A stretch of 62,460 bases of DNA, filler included, from Pirum gemmata (lineage: Eukaryota): assembly GCA_002812295.1 (NCBI GenBank). It is 17 parts of 17 records of this genome, joined end to end, with 100 filler letters (N's around TTAATTAATTAA, not from the genome) between each part and the next. Parts side by side here need not be neighbours in the genome. Positions count along the whole stretch, not along the records: positions 39,299 to 42,779 come from PDIN01002476.1; positions 42,880 to 46,378 come from PDIN01002477.1; positions 46,479 to 49,950 come from PDIN01002478.1; positions 50,051 to 55,356 come from PDIN01002479.1; 13 more parts are not named here. One strand, 5' to 3'. Each line of letters starts with the position of its first letter. Within the stretch, counting starts at the first letter, position 1. The notes under the pieces were generated by a model. That model did not search any database and was not told where the DNA came from. It saw only the letters and a list, made by a program, of their open reading frames with translations. The position numbers and the translations under genes are program-made. Positions 41,098 through 53,683 of the stretch are shown here, in pieces.

Positions 41098-41318
41098 GGT
41101 TAGGCATTTACAAATAATTTTTATCTTTTCAAAAATACAATCTTCAATAATAATTATTTATAAATAAATAATAGCCTAACTGGTGTAAATTTTCTTTTTT
41201 CTATATTTGGGTATTTAGAAAAATTTTGATAGCTGGTGCTTAGTCAAATAAGTAAATTATTTTACCTTGGTTCGCTTTCTGCGCACCTAGCTAGATCGAT
41301 TATATAATCGATATTATC

Positions 41319-41694
41319 GGGATGTAAATTAATGACGTCATCAAAGGCTCATTAGACCCACCCCCCAAAAATCGCCTAAATCACTATTGATCATTTTTAA
41401 TGTACCCTTTATGACGTCATTTAAAGAAAAAGAAAACTATCTTACAAAAAGTCTACAAAATGAGAAAAAAAAAATCGAGCATAAATTGCATAATCCCTTT
41501 CAGATAAACATTCTAAGCTTCCAGATTGCAATCAAAGGCATTCAAATAGATCTTTGAAAAATACGTATGCTGACGTCACTTTTCTCTATACCCCCCCTAC
41601 TAATTAATTGCCGTCACTGAAGACTCGTTTTTCTACCCCCCTCCCCCCTCCCTACAAAAACCTACAAAAAGTGACGTCATTAATGAACGTTCCC
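41319..41694. mobile_element. Harbinger/Tourist-like MITE (variant), degenerate left TIR
   Basis: Right end TGACGTCATTAATGAACGTTCCC|TTA; left end GGGAtGTaaATTAATGACGTCA. Confidence 0.6.
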
Positions 41695-42046
41695 TTATTT
41701 TTTTATGGGTTTGTATCAATTGGTCTATAGATATCTATTTATAAAATTTATCAGATAATAATATTATTATAATATTATCATACTTTTATTTATAAGAGTA
41801 ATAAGACTAAGTGTTAATATAAGTTATATAACTGTTAATATGATATAAATAAACTTAATTAAAAAATTTCTAAATTATTTTGAATTTTATTTTTAAAGAC
41901 GTCTATTTCTGCGATTACAACTTTTCATTATTTATTCAATTGTTCTTCTTCAGGTTTCATATGTCTACGAGCTGGTCTTTACTTTTATTAGACGACTGTG
42001 CTTACTTGCCCCTCGAGGACTACTAGCTACTAGTATACTACTAGTA

Positions 42047-42186
42047 TAGTGCTTTTCAGTTGTTTTGTCATCATAAAATAGTTCCAAATTAATACAATAT
42101 AAATCCATTTAATTTAATTTGGTATATTTAAAGATTATAACCCTCCAAATAAATATTCGGAGTGACAAAATAAATGAAAGGCACGA
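42047..42186. mobile_element. MITE family A, internally deleted copy with both TIRs
   Basis: TA|TAGTGCTTTTCAGTTGTTTTGTCA...TGACAAAATAAATGAAAGGCACGA|TA. Confidence 0.85.
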
Positions 42187-44752
42187 TAGTCTAGCTAGTA
42201 GTGAATAGTAAACTTTGGCAACCACAGATTCACAGCTAGCTAACTAGCTAGCTCTAGTCTCTGTAATAATAATAATATTGTTATTAAAATTATTATGATT
42301 TTTAAAAATTCATTTATTATAATAAATAAACAAGTAAACTTTGGCAACCACAGATCCACAGCTAGCTAGCTCTACTACTATTAGCTAGACTCCTAGAGCT
42401 AGTAAAAGAGCCTACTAGCTAGACTAGTAGAGCTATATATATATAGTAAAGAAACAGTTATTTTCGCCAAAATAACTGTTTTTTTATAGAGGAAGGAGGT
42501 CCACAACAGCTTTCACAACCCAAATTTTTGGCATAATAATATTATGTATTATTGAATAATACATCATTATTATGTATAATATAATATGTCATCAGTTTCT
42601 ATTAATATATATTATTATAAAATTGTGTTGGTTTTGTTGTTATCATCTATTAGTGTCTATTACTACTGTAGATTCTGCAGTTAACGTTAACGTTGTTTTT
42701 GCTGATGCTTTAATTTGCTGCTAAAGCTTCACCTGCTGCTATTATTATTATTATATATATTATTATAATATTATTATTANNNNNNNNNNNNNNNNNNNNN
42801 NNNNNNNNNNNNNNNNNNNNNNNTTAATTAATTAANNNNNNNNNNNNNNNNNNNNNNNNNNNNNNNNNNNNNNNNNNNNTTCGAACTTACTTACTTCTAG
42901 TAGTAAATCTAATGTACTCTGCTCGAAAAAGAGAAAAAAAAAAAACATTATTTTACGAACAAGACAAATTCCAGATGTTCAGATGTGGTATTTTGTCTCT
43001 AAAGATCTGGTCTGGGGTGAAATTGCTGGTGAATTTGGGTAGTAATTAAACCAGAACTGGAGGAGTAGAAAAACGTGATTATTTACGTCATATTAAATTA
43101 CTGTCGTCAGAATATTAATTACGTCATTTGAATATCAAAAGTTTAAAAAATAATTTAATAATATAATATCAACTACCATACACTATTTATCGTGCATTTC
43201 ATTTCTTTTATCACTCTGAATATTTATTTGGAGGGTTATAATCTTTAAATTGACAATTTTAAATCAATATACAGATATATAATATTAATACATACATAAG
43301 TATGTCATTTGAATATCAAAAGTTTGTAATAATATCAACAACTGTATAAAACAATCTATAAAACATCGAAATTAAAAGGTGATCGGATATAAACTATGTC
43401 ATAATTAAGTTTGCTACTCTACATCCCTAACCCTTTTATTAATATTTCATTATATAATCAAGTTCAAGCATACACTTAAAACTGTACCGAGATGACCATT
43501 GAAATGAAATAGTCGATTGTAATATTACACGTAATGATAATCGGGGATTTTATTTTTTATTTTATTTTTTATCAATTATGATAATTATGTATAATAATAA
43601 TATTAATAATAATAATAATCTTTCCTTTTTTTTTTTTGTTAAACCTGGAGACAACCACTACACTATAGCTAGCTTGATCAAGCCAGTGTAGTGGTTGTAC
43701 GCGGAGGTTAACATACATGTAGCTACTTAGTTATTATGATTTAATAAGGGTACCGTATTGAAAGGTATATTGTAAATACGCTCAGGATAATTTTGTAATT
43801 GATGATTATAAAGTAAACCTTCAGATTTATTATTATTAATTTTATTTTATTGGTTTTTAAATAAATATTTAGAATTTACTTCTTTCAAATAATCTAAGAT
43901 AGGTAAACTTATGCAGTTATATAAAAAAAGTTTCATTAAATTCATATTTCTCAATCCATCAATGTTAATTAAACTTTTACAATTAACTAGTCTTACTGGG
44001 GTTGGTTTACAAAATATATTCATAAATTCTAGTTGAAATTTATTGTTTATATACACTGATGGTAGAACTCAAATAGATAATAGATATTCCATTCAATCAG
44101 TAACTGGTCCCACTGGAAGTACTGGTTTAGCCGGTCTTTATATTGTTGGTCCCACACCATCAAAAAAAAAATTAATAACTTTTTTCAAAAAAAAAAATGA
44201 AAAGTGAATGATCTTCAGGAAAGCAGGTACGTACTGTTCCCGGGAAGATATCTGGACTTTATTATTATTATTATTAATTTTATTTCATGCTATTAATTAT
44301 TAATTGTGTTTTTATAATTCATAATCAAAAACAAAACTGAATGTTTAAAATATTAAAACTAATAATACATGGCATTGTAACGATTTACTATATTATGCAC
44401 CTATATGTTTTTTAAAAAAAAAATAATAATAATAACTATAATACAATAAACATAATAATAATAATAAACGTTTGATTTCAAATAAAATAATAACAAAATA
44501 TAGTAACGATTCATAAATTTAAAAATAATGATGATAATTATAACCATGAGACCTACAGTTCTCATGTTATAACGTATCAAAGTCGACGATCCGGAAATTT
44601 ATCTTTTTGCATCCGTTGCCTGCATCTGTTCATTTTCCTTCGCCCCAAACGCTTTTACTATACCATTGATAACAAAGGCCAGAATCCCTTCGAATTTTGG
44701 ATTACCTGAAGGAATCCAAGTTTGGGGTACGTACACTGTGCAAAATTTAAAG

Positions 44753-46313
44753 TTACCAGTGTATGTCCTGGGGTTTAACTGTACTAGTAACCATTGCTTT
44801 ATAAAAGTGACAATTTTTATTTTGCATCCTTGCGCTATTTCTTGAATAACGAAACAGAAATAAATTGTCGAAAACAGAAAAGCCAGTGAAGAAACTAAAA
44901 TAGTTATAATAAAACCAATAGCTATCCCTGAAAATAATATATTATATATAGTAACATTAATTAATATTTTGAAAAAATGATCGATATTAGCAAATTATAG
45001 GTTATTTTCGACGTCGAAAATAACCGATAATTTGCTATAATATATATAGACGTTAATATGGGTGTTTACATTCTTAAGTGAAAAACAGACTATTGAAACT
45101 CTATTGAAGTCTATTTAAGAATGTAAATACTCTTATTAACGTTTATATCAGAAATACTCTTGAGAAATAATATATTATATAATAATAATAAAAGTAAGTG
45201 TACAAGCTTAAAGTGAAATACAAAAGAGTAATATTGAATATAATAATAAAATTTCTTTTTTTCGAAAATTTCTGAAATTTATTATTATTATTTTATTATC
45301 ATAAAAATTTAATATTCTTTAATTAATATCAACTGGTAAATATCAGCATTACGTCTTAATAATTGTTTAATTTAGAGTTAGGATTAGGGTTAGGGTTAGG
45401 GTTAGGGTTAGGGTTAGGGTTAGGGTTAGGGTTAGGTTAAGATTAAGGTTAGGATTAAGGTTAGGGTTAAGGTTAGGGTTAAGGTTAGGATTAAGGTTAG
45501 GATTAAGGTTGGGATTAAGGTTAAGGTTAGGGTTAGGGTTAAGGTTGGGGTTAGAGTTAGGGTTAGGTTAAGGTTGTCATATTAATTGATAAGTAATTTT
45601 TTGACAATAATTGAATTATTATATTGTGTTGTGTTTTCATAATATGACTTCCAGAACTCTTCCAGACCACTCTTACTATTACATTTCGTCTATAAATAAT
45701 CAATATTAGGTACAATTATCTTTTTTTTATCTTTTTTCTTTTTTCTTTTTTTACTTTTCTGTTTTTTAGACTTCTTTGCTAAAAACCTTTAACCCTAACT
45801 AGCCAAATTGTATTTAAAAACTACCCATCGGTTTATAACGGAGTTTTTCTTGGCTAGCCAGTTTCTCAAAATTTGGTAGTACTTTGAAATATTTTGATAT
45901 GAGATTTTTTGGATTTTTGAGCTCATATGGAGCTGCATATGGCGCGGATGTCGCCATTTTTACCCGACTTGGTAGTTAAAAAAAAAAATTAAAATAATAA
46001 AAAAACATTTTTTAATTATTTTCAATTAATTATAAAGATGCTTTTAACACAAGAAGTTAATATAATTTGCGAATAGAGATCGCGATTTAATGATATAAAT
46101 GCAACAAATAATAAAAAAGTAAAATAAACACATACCTAGCCATGCCCCAAGACAAGTTTGCATAGCAGCATTTTTATAACTTAATGGATGTTTATAATTA
46201 TTATCAATATTAATAGAACTATACGGATCACCTCCAGCTGCAGTTACAGAATGTTGTTTTGAAATACTACGTAATAGTAAATTATTTTGATTATTACTAC
46301 TGATGCAGGTCAT
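44753..46313 (-). CDS. Small orphan membrane protein (exons 46313-46136 and 44927-44753; further 3' exons possible)
   Basis: GTATGT donor at 46135 and TTTCAG acceptor at 44928 join in phase to give a continuous hydrophobic segment [34 protein letters not shown]. Confidence 0.6.
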
Positions 46314-47083
46314 TTCCTCTTTTTTAATATAACAAATACAACAATAACAATAATAATAATAATAATAATAATACACTTNNNNNNNNNNNNNNNNNNNNNN
46401 NNNNNNNNNNNNNNNNNNNNNNTTAATTAATTAANNNNNNNNNNNNNNNNNNNNNNNNNNNNNNNNNNNNNNNNNNNNTTTAATTTGGTATATTTTATTA
46501 TCTATATATTTATTTAAAATTTTCAATTTAAATTTTATAACCCTCCAAATAAATATTCAGAGTGACAAAATAAATATTTGAATATAAAATACCAAAACCA
46601 ATATAATAATATACCAATGGATTATATAATTAATACTAATACTTTAACTCTAATTAATAATACTAAGAATGCCAATGCTACTGAAAGTACTAAGACTGAC
46701 AACAAATGAATATATTTGAATATTAATTAAAATAATATACCAATTATATATAATCAATACTAATACCTTAACTTATACTAATTAATAATACTAAGAATGC
46801 CAATGCTAATGAAAGTAGCAGAAATATCAGTCACATTCAAGTCAATCTTATAGAAATAATATTATCATAATTGCTAATTATATAAAACACTGAATCGTTT
46901 ACCAATGAAACAATATTAAACAATAAACAGAAATAAAATAAAAGGACTTTGTTATATAATTATATTTTACTTTGCTTGTGTATTATTTTACACAATTCAC
47001 TTTGGTTTTTATTTTTTCATTAAATTTACAATAATTTACAAAATTATCACTAGAATTATGGTATTTTAATTAATTAACTGCTT

Positions 47084-48067
47084 TCATCTAACAAATACAG
47101 GCTGAAAGCCAGGAAAGTATTTAGCACTTTTTTGAATTTGGCCGCGTTGTTTTTGCAATCGTCTCATTTGTAGTTGTTCACGTACAGGTGACACATACAT
47201 AGGTTGTTGTTGGTACATTCGTTGCTGTTTGTAATGTTGTAAACGCTGCTGTTCGATTAATATCCTCTGTTGGGACAAAAAAGCTTGTTGCTGTTGTTGT
47301 AAGTATAAATGTTGCTGTTGCTTTTGAGCTTGTATTTGTCTTAAACTACATTCAATGTCATAAGCGGTAGTTTCGGGCATTCGAGGCTGCATGATGGCAT
47401 TGAAATCAAATTCCTTTTTAGTTGTAGAAGATATAATTGGAGAAGAAGGTGTTGATTCATTTCTTTGGTGCAAAAATGATTGTACGTAAGGGTCGGAAGT
47501 ATAGCTCGCAGAAAAGGTTTCAAAAGTACTCCAACTAATATAAAGATTATAATCCAAAGCTTCTACTATTTCCTTTTCTAATTGTGCCATGTACTTAACT
47601 GGAATATTACATATACTGGCCCATTTAGTTAATTTCATACAACCATCGTCTAAATATTTTGAAGCCAACAACATACACGTTGCTAACAAACAATGGTGGC
47701 AAAAAACTTTATTTTGCTCTTCTAACTTTTGTAAAACTGAATTGGCATAAATTAAAGCAAAACATAATTCTATATGACTAGTAGGTCGTGACTTGGTAAT
47801 TTTTAGTAAATAATTTATCAAATTTAAAGAACAATGTTCTTGTGATATAGAACAAGTAACGTCGACTGATATAAATGATAACATAAACTTAGTTAAAGGC
47901 CAACTTTTCGCTAATTGTTGGCGTTCTGTATCTAAATTGTATTGTTGTAATTGTGATTGTATTAAATGGTTGTGTAATTGTTTTCTCATTTCTTGTTCTT
48001 TTTGTGCTTGTACTACTTTCATTAATAGCACTTGTTGTGCTATATCATTATTTAAGACAAACGTCAT
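47084..48067 (-). CDS. Pho80/Pcl-type cyclin-like protein with Gln-rich termini
   Basis: Cyclin-box motifs ALIY, LLASKYLDD, KWASIC and LEKEIVEALDYNLYIS; intact 327-aa ORF. Confidence 0.88.
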   Translation of the reverse strand: MTFVLNNDIAQQVLLMKVVQAQKEQEMRKQLHNHLIQSQLQQYNLDTERQQLAKSWPLTKFMLSFISVDVTCSISQEHCSLNLINYLLKITKSRPTSHIELCFALIYANSVLQKLEEQNKVFCHHCLLATCMLLASKYLDDGCMKLTKWASICNIPVKYMAQLEKEIVEALDYNLYISWSTFETFSASYTSDPYVQSFLHQRNESTPSSPIISSTTKKEFDFNAIMQPRMPETTAYDIECSLRQIQAQKQQQHLYLQQQQQAFLSQQRILIEQQRLQHYKQQRMYQQQPMYVSPVREQLQMRRLQKQRGQIQKSAKYFPGFQPVFVR

Positions 48068-48421
48068 ATTTAATATTTTTGTGGTTTTTTTAATATAGTT
48101 AAATTATATTGACATAGTATTACTATTTTTTTATTTTAATTTTTATTTATAAAAAAAATAAAATTTTATATATTAATAATATTATATGAGTAAATATTTA
48201 AATTTTCTGTATTTTTTTTTTTTTCAACTTTTTTCAAATTTTATTTGGGTTTTGCACTTATATAATAATATAATAAATATTTTTCAGCAAAGTATTTTTT
48301 TCATTCTTTTTTTCTTTTATTATTATTATTATTATTGTTATAGTCTAATATCTACTATTACTATGATATGATAATATTATTATTATTTTTTTTTTAGATA
48401 GTGTAAAATAGTTTGAAAATC

Positions 48422-48468
<47 letters not shown>

Positions 48469-51313
48469 CCCTCATTACCCTCTGAGTAACCCTCATACTA
48501 AAAAAATCCATTTTGAAATTTGTGGACAGTGGACCACGCTAGTGTTAGGACTGTGTTAGGTCACTTATGTGGACCACGCCATTGATGAAACCATATGAAA
48601 ACCATGTGGAGCTTAATGATTCGTTCTAATAATTTTTCTTGTTGCGTGTAGATAATTATCATTTTTTTTTATAGTATTTTTTATTTTTTTCTATGATATT
48701 GGAGGGGTCTACAAAATGTTTTGCCTTTTTTTTTTGCTGCTCTAGCTAGACCCCAGTGGTCTGTCTACTTTAGAAACTCTACTAAGCGATACTAGCTAGC
48801 TAGAGCACGAGCTACTAGAGTCTACTAGCTAGCTAGCTAGCTAGTACCAGATAGTCAAAGCAGTCAAAGTAGACTAGTTTTAATCGTCAACTAATTTTAT
48901 TCTCAGGCTTCAGATTTGTCTCTAGGCTAGTTAGCTAATGACTTCCTCATCTAACTTGTGGGTTTTTTTCTGCCGATTCATTGAAGGAAGAGCTGGCGAA
49001 TGGTGTAATCTGCAGTGTAATCTGCCAACCCGTTTCTCTCTGAAGAGTCAGTGAAGACCCCCAAGTTGGGCCCCAAGTGGCCCCAAGTTCCCCCAACCGT
49101 TTGGAAATTGGAACCAGCTGCAACCAGAACCTCGACAGGCTCTACACTACTATCATAGTATTATCGGGATATAAGTGTATGATATTATATCTATTATATC
49201 ACGATATACTAGCTAGCTCCTAGCTAGTAGCTAGCTCTAGCTAGTAGTAGCTATCATATCGTAGCTAGTCTATAAATAAACCTTTTATAATCATGTTGAA
49301 GTTTTCGGAATTAAAGTTACTATCAGATAAACCTTTTATGTATCATATGTAGCTAATCATATGGTAGACTACACTAAGAATGACAAAGCAAAATTTACTT
49401 GACACACTTAAAAATTTTAATAATATTGATATTTTCTTAAAAACAAAGGTATACAGTATACAGGGGATAATATTGAATAATATGACATTTTGAAATAGGA
49501 TTCACAACTGACACATATTATTAATTAATAATATTTTCTTATTAAAAAAACAAAGGTGCATGATATTAAATTACTAGATATTATTATTATAATATTTAAT
49601 ATTACCACTCGTGCAGTAGCAATACCTAATTACAGAATCAGTAATAGTACTTACCATCAATCAATGCTACAGCAAAAGAATACTACTATCAATCAACATG
49701 TTAAAACACTACCACGTGTACACGTACCAATTGCAAGTACAGCCATATGCATGAGTGTAATAGTACTAGCTAGTTGTTAGATTAACAAAATAATACTTAT
49801 ACTAGAAGTATCGTGCTTTTCATTTATTTTGTCGTCATAAAATATAAATAAATAGTACCAAATTAATACATTATAAATCCATTTAATTTAATTTGGTATA
49901 TTTTATTATCTATATATTTATTTAAAATTTTCAATTTAAATTTTATAACCNNNNNNNNNNNNNNNNNNNNNNNNNNNNNNNNNNNNNNNNNNNNTTAATT
50001 AATTAANNNNNNNNNNNNNNNNNNNNNNNNNNNNNNNNNNNNNNNNNNNNTCCATTTCATTTAATTTGGTATATTTTATTATATATTTATTTCTTTAAAA
50101 GTGTCAATTTAAATATTAAAAACAACCAAATAAATATTCGGGTTGACAAAATAAATGAAAAGCTCAATACTATCTACACAATTTTTTTTTTGTATTTATG
50201 ATATTATTATAAATACTTCACAGTACTTCACTCTAAATAAATTATTTATTTATTAATAACCAAATTAAGTAAAATGTAAGACTTTTCACCATATTAAGTA
50301 ATAGAAAAACCATAAAAATAAGAATTTGAAATCCTATTTTTAATAATTACGTAGATATATTATAATGTTATAAATATCAGATAGTTAATGAACTAACCAG
50401 TAGTAGTTACCAATACAGCTTCAAATACCCCTTCCTACCTACCCCTCGACGTTAATTTCCAATCAAATACCTCCTATCTACCTACCCCTTGACGAGACGT
50501 ATTATTTAAACGCTCCATCTCAAGCACAATGTTCCACATTTTTATCCTGCTTTTCATTTATTTTGCAATTAGATTATTTAAATTTATTTGGTACTTTTAA
50601 GTTTATAAACGTGGTTATTTTAAATTGAAATATAAATAATTAAACACGCCAATTTAATTAAATTGTATCAAATAAATTTGATATAGTATTTACTTGCAAT
50701 TGGTATTTATTACTGCGTATTCTATTATGACAAAATAACTGAAAAACACAATAGACCCCGGGGTCTACTACATTATTCTTTTATTATTAATTAAATTTAA
50801 AAATCAGAAATATTAAAGTAATAATTAAAATAAAAATATTAGTTAGTGAAAAAAAAGAAAAAAAAATAAAAAAAAACCAGAATTCACATTTTTTTCAAAA
50901 AATTAAATTTTAACTCTACATCTATTATTAGACGAGTATTAGACGGGTTAAAAAGGTTAGGGTTAGGGGTTAGGGGTTAGGGGTTAGGGGTTAGGGTTAG
51001 GGTTAGGGTTAGGGTTAGGGTTAGGGTTAGGGCGAGGGTGAGGNATTTGCTTTCTTTTTTTTTTTCAAAAAATAAATTAAATAATTCTTATTTATATTAA
51101 GTGTTAATCATATTATATTAATTTATTTTGTCATATTGTTAATATTTGTAATACAAACATGATTCTAAATCTAATAATCAAAATCTAACGTAAATCAAAA
51201 CCAAAACCAAAAACCAGAAACCAAAAACCATACTAAAACACTCCAAAAACTAAAACTAGAATTAATAGCAATTGATATATTAATATAAAAACTAAAAACA
51301 AATAATTTTTACC

Positions 51314-53485
51314 ATGCAATACCATATTCCAATACTCATTGTATTGAGTTTTTGCTTAGTCCAAATACAAACAGCGTACAGTAAGTCACTGATAACAAAA
51401 TTCAAAATAGAAAACCCTGACAATACATACAATAACAAGTTATTAGATACTATTAATAAAAGAATAAGACGAGTGGTTCCTTTCACAGTCCAACAACTTA
51501 CAGACCAAGCTGCACTAGCTGCAAGTTTAGGTAATGATTGGTCTCACCCCAAAATAAAAGCGTTACAAAAAAAACATGAAGAGGAATTAAAAAAGTTAAC
51601 CGCACCTGCGGCTGATTCCACTCCAACTCCTGCTGGTTCTTCTGCAGGTACACCACCAACATCACCAGCAGCTGCAGCAGTTTCACCTGTACCAGCTCCT
51701 GTAGTTTCACCTCCAGGTGGAAATGGTGCTGGAGCACCGCCACCTGTAGTTTCTCCTGCAAGCACTCCACCAACACCACCAGTAGCTGCAGTTTCACCTG
51801 TACCAGCTCCTGTAGTTTCTCCTCCACTTGCTCCTGCTGTTCCTCCTCCAGGTGGAAAAGGTACTGGAGCACCACCACCTGTAGTTTCTCCTGCAGGCAC
51901 TCCACCAACACCAGGTGGAAAAGGTAATGGAGCACCACCACCTGTAGTTTCTCCTGCAGGCACTCCACCAACACCACTTGCTCCTGTTGTTTCTCCTCCA
52001 GGTACAAATGGTACTGGAGCACTACCACCTGCAGCTCCTGTTGTTTCTCCTCCAGGTGCAATTGGTACTGGAACACCGCCACCAGCAGCTCCTGTTGTTT
52101 TACCTGTTGTTTCCCCTCCAGGTACAAAAGGTACTGGAGCACCAACACCCACAACTGCTGTAGTTTCATCTACCCCTGGTACTTCTCGTGTAGCTTCACC
52201 TGTACCAGCTCCTGTAGTTTCACTTGCACCTCCTGCTTCTTCTTCTTGTCCCACTTGCCAAAAATGTCCTGAGCCTGACTCTTCTGTCAGTGACGTATAC
52301 GACCAATTAAATCAATGTTTTCAAGACACATTGAAGGAAAAAGAAAATGCAATGGCGGCGAAAAATGAATTGGCTAGTAAGCAGGAACAAATTGACAAAG
52401 GTAATGACGCTTTACAGGAGTTAGTGGATGTTTACATGCAAATAGCCCAGTTCAATCAAACTATAAAGGCCAACGCAGTCACTATTAAACAATTACAAAC
52501 CGATATTGCTGCGGGTAAAACTATTCAAGATGCTAACGACCAAAATTTGAAGGCACTAAAAGCAAAAATGGCTGGAACAGAAGCGAGTAATGCTAAGCTA
52601 GTTAAAGATTTGCAAACTCAACTTGAAGCAGAAAAAGAAAAGAACGCACAATTACTACAAGACGTAAAAGCCAAATCAGCAGAAGCGCAAACCTGTCAAG
52701 CTGGAACACAAACGAAGCAAGCCGAAGTTGAAAAAGCAACAGCACAATACACTGAATGCCAACAACAAATTACTACTAAAACTCAAGAAGCGAACACGTG
52801 TACCACCCAACTACAAAAAGAAATAACCGAGACTACAAATACCAAACAACAAGTAGCAACCTTAACACAACAAGTAACTACTTTAAGTGCAAAAACGTGT
52901 CCTCCGCAAAAAGTCTGCCCTCTGCAAAAAGTCTGTCCACCGCAAAAAGTCTGTCCACAAACAACACTTCCACAGACAACACTTACACAACCAGCAGCCC
53001 CTTCATCTTTCACACCTTCAACACCTGCCCCTTCATCTTTCACACCTTCAACACCTGCCCTGCAAACTGTAACTACACCAAATATACCAGCCCCAGCGCA
53101 AACAAGAGAAGAATTATTAGCAGCAATAACAGCTTCACGGAATGCAGAAGCAGCAAAAGTCCCAACAGCTGGCCTAGGGTTAGCCTCATCAGCCCCAACA
53201 GCTGGCCTAGGGTTAACTGCAGCAGCCCCAGTCCCAGCAGCCTCAGCACCAGCAGCCCCAGTGCTAGGGTTAACTGCAGCAGCCCCAGCCACAGGGCTAG
53301 GGTTAACTACAGCAACCCCAGCAGCCCCGGCAGCCCCAGCAGCCCCAGCAGCCCCAGCAGCCCCAGCAGCCCCAGCTCAAACTAGCCAAATGGACCAAAC
53401 TCAAATCGACTTGGCCGCAGCTCAGGCCAAATTAAATGCACTTTTAGCTCAACAAAAACAACTTCAAGCTGGGGTGACCGGTTAA
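51314..53485 (+). CDS. Secreted Pro/Ala-rich repeat + coiled-coil protein of unknown family
   Basis: Intact 723-aa ORF with signal-peptide-like N-terminus, KRIRR basic site, PVVSPPG repeats, a ~200-aa heptad region, CPPQKV repeats and (APA)n. Confidence 0.88.
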   Translation: MQYHIPILIVLSFCLVQIQTAYSKSLITKFKIENPDNTYNNKLLDTINKRIRRVVPFTVQQLTDQAALAASLGNDWSHPKIKALQKKHEEELKKLTAPAADSTPTPAGSSAGTPPTSPAAAAVSPVPAPVVSPPGGNGAGAPPPVVSPASTPPTPPVAAVSPVPAPVVSPPLAPAVPPPGGKGTGAPPPVVSPAGTPPTPGGKGNGAPPPVVSPAGTPPTPLAPVVSPPGTNGTGALPPAAPVVSPPGAIGTGTPPPAAPVVLPVVSPPGTKGTGAPTPTTAVVSSTPGTSRVASPVPAPVVSLAPPASSSCPTCQKCPEPDSSVSDVYDQLNQCFQDTLKEKENAMAAKNELASKQEQIDKGNDALQELVDVYMQIAQFNQTIKANAVTIKQLQTDIAAGKTIQDANDQNLKALKAKMAGTEASNAKLVKDLQTQLEAEKEKNAQLLQDVKAKSAEAQTCQAGTQTKQAEVEKATAQYTECQQQITTKTQEANTCTTQLQKEITETTNTKQQVATLTQQVTTLSAKTCPPQKVCPLQKVCPPQKVCPQTTLPQTTLTQPAAPSSFTPSTPAPSSFTPSTPALQTVTTPNIPAPAQTREELLAAITASRNAEAAKVPTAGLGLASSAPTAGLGLTAAAPVPAASAPAAPVLGLTAAAPATGLGLTTATPAAPAAPAAPAAPAAPAAPAQTSQMDQTQIDLAAAQAKLNALLAQQKQLQAGVTG

Positions 53486-53579
53486 TGAAAATTAAATAAA
53501 ATATAAAAAAATATAGTAAATAAATAAACAAATAAAAATTTAAATAAAAATTTAAATAAAAATTTAAAACCCAATTTTT

Positions 53580-53640
<61 letters not shown>

Positions 53641-53645
53641 AAATA

Positions 53646-53683
<38 letters not shown>

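Noticed and set aside
51498..53385. Long antisense and alternative-frame ORFs over the secreted protein (similarly over 9155-10596 and 33388-33753)
   Set aside because: Shadows of repetitive, codon-biased sense ORFs.
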